Shown here in pieces: positions 47,677 to 55,740 of a DNA stretch of 64,000 bases. The number at the start of each line of letters is the position of its first letter. The first letter of the stretch is position 1. The DNA is from Bacilli bacterium (GTDB taxonomy: Bacteria > Bacillota_I > Bacilli_A > RFN20 > CAG-826), in NCBI GenBank assembly GCA_045597865.1, contig JAZLKX010000025.1, forward strand, positions 352,001 through 416,000, in the 5' to 3' direction. Under the pieces are notes generated by a model. It was given only the letters and a program-made list of their open reading frames with translations. It did no database searches and was not told the origin of the DNA. The position numbers and the translations under genes were made by a program.

Positions 47677-50556
47677 TTACTCTATAACTTCAACCGGAAT
47701 AATAATCATTCTAATCTCGTTATTATAATAAGCACTTATTTTAAGTTGTGTTTTGCCTACTTTTGTTGGAGTAAAGGAATTGTCTTCATTTACTTTAAAG
47801 TATGCTGTGACAATTTGACTATCTCCAGATCCGGTAGGATGCTGTCTAGCAAAGTAAGCAATTTTTGCATCACATTCTTCGCCATTAAATAAAGCTTTAA
47901 CACCACTCATCACATAATTTTCACCCATCTTCATTGTAACTTTTTCAGGAGCTTCAATTTCAATAGCGTTATGTGTATAACCTTTTATGGTGTGCTCTAA
48001 ATATGAATCAGCAAACATATGACCTAAATCAATGTAGCATCCCGCATCATAGTGAGCAGTATCAATTAAACTACCGATTGGTTCAAATAAAGTTGTTAAT
48101 CTTTCATCAGTGCTAATATAAATATTATTTTCATCAACGCGTGATTTTTTAATGTCATTAATTTCGGCATCGTGATCCCACATGCCAGATGTTTCATAAA
48201 TACCAGCATCATACAGTTTAAATTTATAAGAAAGGTTGTCCTTAAATCTATTAGTAAAATCACTCATCAAATTATTGAATGAATTTAAATAAAGATTAGT
48301 TGATGTCTCAAAAACAGCATCTGATTCACCTTGCATCCACATAAATGCTTCAATCATTGGAATTGAATTATCCATTTCTGCAATAGCATCAATTGCTTTA
48401 GCAACTTCGCTTTCTAAAAGTCTATACATCCATCCTCTTGTAATTTCAAGTACTGGATCTAAGTCACGACGCCCAGTATTATCAAGACCAGGTTCAAGTT
48501 CATAATCCATTGAAGACGGGGAAAGGAAGTCAAAGTTTAAAGAAAGACCACCATATGCCACCTTAACAATGTATGTTGTTTCATCTGGGAATACCTTTGA
48601 CAAACGATCCGCTAAACCAATTTCAAAGCCAAATGTACCTGCAATGCCCATTGTCTCATAATATCTATCTGCATGTACTTTTTGAAAACCATCAATAAAT
48701 CTTGCTTGTGAATAACCAGTCATCAAGACATTGTCGTATCCGTTATTAATTTCATTAATCTTATCTTCATCAACTGTTTTTGGAAGGTATTCATAGTGTC
48801 CAACGCCTACTGCGTTAGATTGACCTGTCATAACAATAATTCGAGAATTTGCTTTCGGTTTATAGCCACTTATTGATTTATAAACAACATTAATTGAAAC
48901 ATCATCAGTTACAACAAGTGATTCAATTGGATTATATGAATCATCATAAACCTTAAATGTATAACCTTCTTTCTCAAAAATTGAGAAATCAAGCTCTTCT
49001 TCATAATCAACTTCAATTATATCTTCTGGTAAAGAAATACCTGAATATCTAACTGAAACTTTGCATTTTTCTTTAGAAATATAGTCTAAATACATATCAT
49101 TTTGAACTGTATCTACATCAAAATCCCAAAGTTTATCGCCATAATACCAAGCGCCATTTCCAACAGTGTGTGGATTATCAAGTTTTGTGCCTGGTTCAAC
49201 AAGTTTAATTACTGAAGATTCACCAAATTTTCTCATTGTGACTTTAGCTAATCCAGTAAGAGGATCATTGTTTATTTTTCCAGGCTTAAATCCAGTATCA
49301 ATGTTTCCAAGTAAAATCTTACGAATATTTTCACAATCTTCATGTGTCACACTAGTGTGATCGGTAAGATATTTTTCAACTTTTTCTGATAAATTACTAC
49401 CTTCATAATTTGTTTCAAAATAATTGAAATATGACATAAGTCTATTGTAGAAAACAACATTACCCTTTTCGTATCCACCAGTAACTGAATAAAGGGAAAG
49501 CATGAATTCTTTCAAAATCATCTCTTTATCTACACCACAAAGTGCATTTAAAACAAATGATAAGAATCCAGTTCTATCTCTTCCAACAGAACAATGGAAA
49601 TAAACAGGATAATTATCCTTATCGGCAAATACTTTCACTGCTTCGCCAAAGTTTGGAACTAAAGAATCTGGTCCAAAGTAATTAATAAATGTATTGTTAG
49701 TAGGATTATCATAGATATCGTTTGGAGATGGATAATGATAGTAATTTGGTAAATTTAAGAAGTTTTCTGTACCTTCGCCAACTAAACGTAAGTCAACTTC
49801 AGATTTAATTCCTAATTGATTCTTAAATTCATCCTCACCACTTTCGGTGATACCTTCAAGCTTATTTCCTCTATAGACAAGGCCTTCTTTCATTCTTTTG
49901 CTATTATGGCCAACTGAACCGCCAATGTCTCTAGTATTAGAAAGGCCAGAAACTTTAAGTGTTCTAGGAAGATTTGCGACTTCAAAGTTAAAAACATCAG
50001 AATATGCTTTAGATTCATCTTTTAATGTCGCGATTACTTGCCAATAATAATTGGTTGAAGTATATGGGTTATCTAAGATAACTGAGGTTGTATCACCACT
50101 TGTTTCATATTCTCTTTCTATATAAGAAAGATCAGAATCTTGCGAAATGATAACTTTATAGCTCTTTGCGTCTAAATCTGATGTCCATGATAAGACATTA
50201 TTAGTTGGTCTAAATGCATCATATTTTTCATATAAAGAGCGCATGTATTCATTATCATTATAGTGATTTGGGAAATTAGCAATTTCGTCATTATATGGCA
50301 TTAATTCGCCTATTTCAGTTGCTTTTTGCGGATAAGTATTGATTAAATCGTCCATTTCATAAAGCTTGCTAACAGCGTTTGGTAAAAATGAAACAGTTTC
50401 ACCAACACCTGGTTTAGAAGCTCTAATTGATGAAGTTAAATCTTTTGGCGTTCCAGTTTGAGTTGCCTTTAATGACATTACAGTAGTAGGAATAATTGCA
50501 GCAACTAAGCCGCAAGTTAATAAACTAATTCCAATAATAATATTTTTGTTTTTCAT
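47677..50556 (-). CDS. secreted PtpB/LipA-type cysteine phosphatase fused to a SASA (sialate O-acetylesterase/CE6-like) domain
   Basis: NTRDIGG, VYRG, DLR, HCSVGRDRTG; later GQSNA, WMQGESD, DTAHY. Confidence 0.85.
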   Translation of the reverse strand: MKNKNIIIGISLLTCGLVAAIIPTTVMSLKATQTGTPKDLTSSIRASKPGVGETVSFLPNAVSKLYEMDDLINTYPQKATEIGELMPYNDEIANFPNHYNDNEYMRSLYEKYDAFRPTNNVLSWTSDLDAKSYKVIISQDSDLSYIEREYETSGDTTSVILDNPYTSTNYYWQVIATLKDESKAYSDVFNFEVANLPRTLKVSGLSNTRDIGGSVGHNSKRMKEGLVYRGNKLEGITESGEDEFKNQLGIKSEVDLRLVGEGTENFLNLPNYYHYPSPNDIYDNPTNNTFINYFGPDSLVPNFGEAVKVFADKDNYPVYFHCSVGRDRTGFLSFVLNALCGVDKEMILKEFMLSLYSVTGGYEKGNVVFYNRLMSYFNYFETNYEGSNLSEKVEKYLTDHTSVTHEDCENIRKILLGNIDTGFKPGKINNDPLTGLAKVTMRKFGESSVIKLVEPGTKLDNPHTVGNGAWYYGDKLWDFDVDTVQNDMYLDYISKEKCKVSVRYSGISLPEDIIEVDYEEELDFSIFEKEGYTFKVYDDSYNPIESLVVTDDVSINVVYKSISGYKPKANSRIIVMTGQSNAVGVGHYEYLPKTVDEDKINEINNGYDNVLMTGYSQARFIDGFQKVHADRYYETMGIAGTFGFEIGLADRLSKVFPDETTYIVKVAYGGLSLNFDFLSPSSMDYELEPGLDNTGRRDLDPVLEITRGWMYRLLESEVAKAIDAIAEMDNSIPMIEAFMWMQGESDAVFETSTNLYLNSFNNLMSDFTNRFKDNLSYKFKLYDAGIYETSGMWDHDAEINDIKKSRVDENNIYISTDERLTTLFEPIGSLIDTAHYDAGCYIDLGHMFADSYLEHTIKGYTHNAIEIEAPEKVTMKMGENYVMSGVKALFNGEECDAKIAYFARQHPTGSGDSQIVTAYFKVNEDNSFTPTKVGKTQLKISAYYNNEIRMIIIPVEVIE

Positions 50557-50557
50557 A

Positions 50558-53500
50558 TTATTTTTCCTCCTTTCTTCTAACTAATATCAGCAAAGCTGAC
50601 AAGCATGCAGATATTGTTAAAACTAAAGAAGAAGCTAAAATGCTACTTCCACAACCTTTTTTCTCTTCAGGTTCTTCGTTTTTATATTTAATAACTAATT
50701 CAGCATAAGAAACTTCTTTATAAGTTTCCCCATCTTTAACAAAGTATTTATTACAATCATTACAAATGTAATGTTCTTTCATACCATCTTTATCTTTAGT
50801 TGCTTCGACTGCTCCAACATATGTGTAGCTATGAGCAAGTTTTGCAACACTTATTATCTTTGTTTGTTCATTGAAATATGGATTATCAAACGCAACAGAG
50901 TAAGCTATTTGACCTTCTTGAGTGCAAGATGCTTCACGAACAACAGTTTTTGTTGCAACTTTTGTTTCACTAATAACATCATCACAATTCACACAACGAA
51001 TAGAAGCAACACACTCAAATCCACCATCAATTTCTTTCCATTCATATGATGGACCGACATATTCGTGTCCATAAGCCTGAATCACAATTGTTTCTAACTT
51101 AAAGCTACAGGCTTCATCACCATAATAAACACCTGGTTCATTTGCACAGGTCCAGTATTCAGCGGTTCCATCTGTTTCACATGTTGCAGGAACTCCAGCG
51201 TGATGTGTTAAATCATGAGGAGTTTTTGGAATAGACCAATCATCAATTTCATTTAAACCTTCAGAATCACTAAAGTGTTTATGACAGTTTTCGCAGTAAT
51301 AGCATTCAACATTGCCAACTTCATAACATGTTGGATCTTTTGCATCTAAATGAACAATACTGTGATTTGATTTAGGAAGAACTACATCATCTGGATTAAG
51401 TAATTCTCTTCCTTTTGGGTCTGCAAAATAATAGTCACCAAAAATTGGTGAATAATAATAACCAATATTTCCATCTTCAGTACATGTTGCTTCTTTAGGT
51501 TCAACATAAACGTAAGTAATTGAATATTTAACAATAATTGTCACATCCGATGTTACTTCTAATGAATCGATTTTTTCGCCATCAAGATAAACTTCAAATG
51601 TTGTACCTTCAAATTCAAATATATCAAATGGTAAGAAATTGTTTTTCGAAACTAAGAATCTATCATCATCTCTTCTAATACCTTCATATTTTACAATTAC
51701 AGCATAATGAAGAGGGGCTTGTTTAAATTTAGCCTCAAAATGCATATCACCAGTAACGATTCCGGTTTCAAAATCCCATTTATAGCCTTCATAGTACCAA
51801 CCATCAAAGATGTAATCGTATTCTTCATCGTGATATGTACTTGGATTTGCAGGAGGAGTTAATTTACTGCCAACCGGTACTTCAACTGGATCTGCATCTC
51901 CAAAATAAATTTTTGCCATAGAAACATTACTATGAACGTTGATTGTGATTTCCTTAGTTTGAGTTGGATATCCTTCTAATTCATATGTAATAGTTAAATT
52001 CCATACGCCTGCATTATATTTTCCACCGCTAATTGCACCATCTTCATAGTCAAAAGTGATTTTTGATTCAATATCACCATATAAATTTGTTACTTTAGTA
52101 AGATTAGTAAAATCATAAACTGGATCACCTTCATTAAAGTCATATACTGAAATGCCTCCATAATAAATGGAAGGTTTATAAATTGGGAGATCCTTTTTGT
52201 AATCTAAAACACTATCTCCTTGGTCAACACCCCAGATAGCACATTTTCCAGTGCGGTCATTATTTAATTCATAATTAATAACAACTAGGTGATTAATTGC
52301 AATTATAACTGTTGTTTTTACACCACAAACAACTTTAAATTCAAATAAGTAATCAGTATTTGCTTCAAAAGTATAGTTATTGAAAGTTTGAAGAACAGCA
52401 TAGCTGTTTATTTGATCCAAAAGTGTAATGGATTGCCAACCAAATACAATTTGTGCTGTAAAACCATAAAAGCCATCTAATGTTAAAGTTGTTGGATTTG
52501 CTGGATCTACTGTTCCACTATTAATGTTGAACTCTAATTCAACTCCATCTGCAGGTAATTCTGCAAAGATAGCATGAGGTGTAGCTCCAACTTCATAAGG
52601 GAACTTAACCTGTAAATTTGTATTAAAATCAAATGGATCAGTTACTTTAAATGTTTCAAATGCACCACTTTTCCAAGTTGTTCCAGCAAGATAAAGATTT
52701 GTTTCTGGAAGCATGGTATCCATAAATATGGTATTTTCTTCAATATGAAGATTTGGAACTAAATGATCGTTTGTTGGAAGTAAAAGTTCAGCAGGATAAA
52801 CTACGAAAAAATGGTTAGCGCCATGATCGTAACCAACTTTTGTCTTTGGGAACTTATCATGGATTTCTGCAATTGTTAATCCATTAATTGTTAGTTTTGA
52901 ACCAATATCATATGCCAAAGTAGCTTGGTTATCAGAATTAGGAGTTTTATTGTCTGCCAAATAATCGATACCTTCTGTTCCATAATCAAGAATTGTATGG
53001 TAATAGCCAATTTCATTTGGAAGGTTGTTATTATAAGGATTTACTCCAGTGAATGGGAAATGATTATAATCACCAGCCCCTTTTTTAACGGACCATCCAC
53101 CACCTTTTCCTAATTTTCCTTTAAATTCAAAAGTGATTTCAGGAAGATTTACTGAATTAAAATGTAATCCTTTTTCAATTGTAATTGTTGGATATTGATA
53201 CTTGTCTTTATTAGAAAGAGATGTATCAGGTACGTAGAAAAATAATCCATATTTTGGGAAAAGATAACATTTAGAATCTGCCACATCAACTATGTTGACA
53301 CCATTAACTTTTATTAAATGGTCAACAGGATCACCATTGCCGATAAGACCTCTACCAGTATTAACCGTACTGCCAATTACAGTTTCTTCATATGATTTTC
53401 CAACTTCATGGAAGAATGAAAGTAAACAATATCCGTTAAGTGGAGCAGCATCATCTCCTAGTTCACCAGCCCACGCTTGAGACATTGTTGGGGAATAATC

Positions 53501-54100
53501 TCTATTATCCCACTCTATTTTATCAAATTCGCTTTCAACTCTAATAATTGGTTCAGGATCTTTTTGCCAGTTTCCAAAAGTTCCTAATGGTCCTCTATAT
53601 TCAAAGCTATTTCCTTCTACTTGATAGGTTCCATCTATTGACATGCCTTCAAGAACATCAATAGTGAGATAGTCATATTCTTCACCTAAGGTGATACTTG
53701 ATCTTGGAACATAAACATAAAATCCGTTTTGTGGATAGCCACACACAAAAACATCGGTCACTTCCGAGCAATTAATGCCATTAATTAAGATGTGATCTGT
53801 AACATTACAACCAGCGACGCCTGCAGTAATAAGGTTGACATCACTATAGGCTTTACTTGCTATATTCGAAGAATATAGAACCAAAATACAAAAACCTTGA
53901 GTAGGAACGCCACTTTCATTAAATGGACCAGGACCTAATCTAGCATAATCAACGTTATTCCACTCAACTTTTGCACCGCCAATTAAGTCAGTTGCCTGAG
54001 TTTCAAGTGGTTCACTTTTCTTATTGTTTGTTAAAACAAAAGAAGCTGAGAATGTCATTAATAATGACAATGCAATAGTAAGAATGTTTCTTTTTTTCAT
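50558..54100 (-). CDS. cell-surface protein: 3 novel domains, LamG-like, Ig-like, B-repeats, Cys/His-rich repeats, KKGCGSS C-terminal signal
   Basis: Signal peptide; WNNVDY and WDNRDY domains; ATCTEDG repeats; KKGCGSS-TM-RRK. Confidence 0.85.
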   Translation of the reverse strand: MKKRNILTIALSLLMTFSASFVLTNNKKSEPLETQATDLIGGAKVEWNNVDYARLGPGPFNESGVPTQGFCILVLYSSNIASKAYSDVNLITAGVAGCNVTDHILINGINCSEVTDVFVCGYPQNGFYVYVPRSSITLGEEYDYLTIDVLEGMSIDGTYQVEGNSFEYRGPLGTFGNWQKDPEPIIRVESEFDKIEWDNRDYSPTMSQAWAGELGDDAAPLNGYCLLSFFHEVGKSYEETVIGSTVNTGRGLIGNGDPVDHLIKVNGVNIVDVADSKCYLFPKYGLFFYVPDTSLSNKDKYQYPTITIEKGLHFNSVNLPEITFEFKGKLGKGGGWSVKKGAGDYNHFPFTGVNPYNNNLPNEIGYYHTILDYGTEGIDYLADNKTPNSDNQATLAYDIGSKLTINGLTIAEIHDKFPKTKVGYDHGANHFFVVYPAELLLPTNDHLVPNLHIEENTIFMDTMLPETNLYLAGTTWKSGAFETFKVTDPFDFNTNLQVKFPYEVGATPHAIFAELPADGVELEFNINSGTVDPANPTTLTLDGFYGFTAQIVFGWQSITLLDQINSYAVLQTFNNYTFEANTDYLFEFKVVCGVKTTVIIAINHLVVINYELNNDRTGKCAIWGVDQGDSVLDYKKDLPIYKPSIYYGGISVYDFNEGDPVYDFTNLTKVTNLYGDIESKITFDYEDGAISGGKYNAGVWNLTITYELEGYPTQTKEITINVHSNVSMAKIYFGDADPVEVPVGSKLTPPANPSTYHDEEYDYIFDGWYYEGYKWDFETGIVTGDMHFEAKFKQAPLHYAVIVKYEGIRRDDDRFLVSKNNFLPFDIFEFEGTTFEVYLDGEKIDSLEVTSDVTIIVKYSITYVYVEPKEATCTEDGNIGYYYSPIFGDYYFADPKGRELLNPDDVVLPKSNHSIVHLDAKDPTCYEVGNVECYYCENCHKHFSDSEGLNEIDDWSIPKTPHDLTHHAGVPATCETDGTAEYWTCANEPGVYYGDEACSFKLETIVIQAYGHEYVGPSYEWKEIDGGFECVASIRCVNCDDVISETKVATKTVVREASCTQEGQIAYSVAFDNPYFNEQTKIISVAKLAHSYTYVGAVEATKDKDGMKEHYICNDCNKYFVKDGETYKEVSYAELVIKYKNEEPEEKKGCGSSILASSLVLTISACLSALLILVRRKEEK

Positions 54101-54114
54101 ATGACCATTCTCCT

Positions 54115-55740
54115 TTATTTCTTCGTGTAAATAACATTGACGTAAGCATTTCTATTAACTTCGAGTCTAGTTATTTCTTTTCCTGTATCAGATAAAACGA
54201 GCATGTTGTAACCATCAACTTCATACGAAGTAAATTTCACAACATCACCGCTTTTAACATTTAAAACAACATCTTCTTTGTTTTGACCAATAAAGTGAAT
54301 TGTTACAAAGTATGATGAAACATAATCAGCATAAATATAAGTATTATCATTAATTGCATTAGCAAAGCTAAAGCTTCCGTCTTTTGTAAACCATCCAAGT
54401 CCGCTTGAAAGTTCATAAGGAGCAGGAATTATAGCGCCTTTATCAACAAACATTGAAGTATCTTTATGGCCAAGTGTTTTAACATTAACAAAGGCTTTTC
54501 CTTCATAGTTTAAGCTTGCTTTAAATGGTTTAACTTCATGTTCAACGTCAATTTTGCCAGACCAAATGTCTCTAATTTTTTGAATCTCTTCATCAGTTAA
54601 ACCAACATTTGATTCATCTTTTCTTAGGAAATTCTCTGCACCTGACATTAAAGAACTTCCAAATGATTCAATTAAATTGAGCGTTTCATTGACAGGAGCA
54701 AGATTTAAATCAGATAAACCTTTATCATAAGCTCCTGTAACAGACCACATAGAAGTAAAGTAATCATGAATAATATAATCTCTAGAAGCACCTGCTAAGG
54801 CTTGAAGAAGCATTGCTAGTGTTCCTGTTCTATCTCTACCGACAGCACAGTGGAATATAACTGGGTAATTGCTTGGTTCACAAAATACCTTAACTGCTTC
54901 AATCATGCTTTCTCTATTAATTTCGCTAAAACCAGGAGAATATTGAATAATTGTTCTTAAGTAATAATTAGGAAGTTTAGCAGGATTTTTAATTCCTTCA
55001 CCATTTTTTCTTAAGTCTAAATCAGTTTGAATTCCTAAATCATTTAATGCTGATACACCAATTTCGGTAACATCATCTAAACGACCACTTCTGTAGATTA
55101 AACCTTGTTTCATTTCACCAAGTGCGCCTGAAAAGCCACCAACATCGCGTGTATTTGAGACAGTTGGCACGTTAACAGTACGTTTAAAATCGTTTGTTTT
55201 AAAGTCAAAAATTGAAGATTTTACTTCACCATCGTTTGTATGTGCGGTCACTTGCCAGAAATAATGAGTATTAGAGTAAGGATTTTTTATTTCAAAGAAT
55301 TGTTCAGTTAATCCTTTTTCCTCATAAACTGCTTGTGTTAAATCAGCATTTAAGGAAACCGTCACATCATAACTTGTTGCTTTTACATTTGATTTCCATG
55401 TTAGAACGTTATTAGTTGGTTTAAAATCATCCCATTTATCGTATAACGCACGCACATAATCGTGATTATTAGCGTTATTTGCAAATGAAGAAATTTCATT
55501 ATTCATTTCGTATAGATTTTTAAGATTATCAATATCGTTTACGTTAGATTCCCAATATTTTTGAATATCAAGTTGAGCCATACTAATAACAGCACCATCT
55601 TTATGAGATAATGCTTGAATTTTTTCAACGTCAAGAACAATTGCTCCATCAGCAATGCATGTTTCAGCAGCGCGATTAAACCCTAGCGCTGTAAGTAAAA
55701 CTGAAGAAAAGACAACTGGAATTAAAATTTTCTTATTCAT
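54115..55740 (-). CDS. secreted PtpB/LipA-type cysteine phosphatase
   Basis: Start MNKKIL after GGAGG; NTRDVGG, IYRSG, DLR, HCAVGRDRTG. Paralog of the N-terminal half of 47677..50556. Confidence 0.87.
   Translation of the reverse strand: MNKKILIPVVFSSVLLTALGFNRAAETCIADGAIVLDVEKIQALSHKDGAVISMAQLDIQKYWESNVNDIDNLKNLYEMNNEISSFANNANNHDYVRALYDKWDDFKPTNNVLTWKSNVKATSYDVTVSLNADLTQAVYEEKGLTEQFFEIKNPYSNTHYFWQVTAHTNDGEVKSSIFDFKTNDFKRTVNVPTVSNTRDVGGFSGALGEMKQGLIYRSGRLDDVTEIGVSALNDLGIQTDLDLRKNGEGIKNPAKLPNYYLRTIIQYSPGFSEINRESMIEAVKVFCEPSNYPVIFHCAVGRDRTGTLAMLLQALAGASRDYIIHDYFTSMWSVTGAYDKGLSDLNLAPVNETLNLIESFGSSLMSGAENFLRKDESNVGLTDEEIQKIRDIWSGKIDVEHEVKPFKASLNYEGKAFVNVKTLGHKDTSMFVDKGAIIPAPYELSSGLGWFTKDGSFSFANAINDNTYIYADYVSSYFVTIHFIGQNKEDVVLNVKSGDVVKFTSYEVDGYNMLVLSDTGKEITRLEVNRNAYVNVIYTKK

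Noticed and set aside
51278-51300. CxxCH (CENCH) heme-c motif in the 1180-aa protein
   Set aside because: It is a single instance among many CxxC repeats that lack the His, and no cytochrome c maturation genes are seen; probably incidental.
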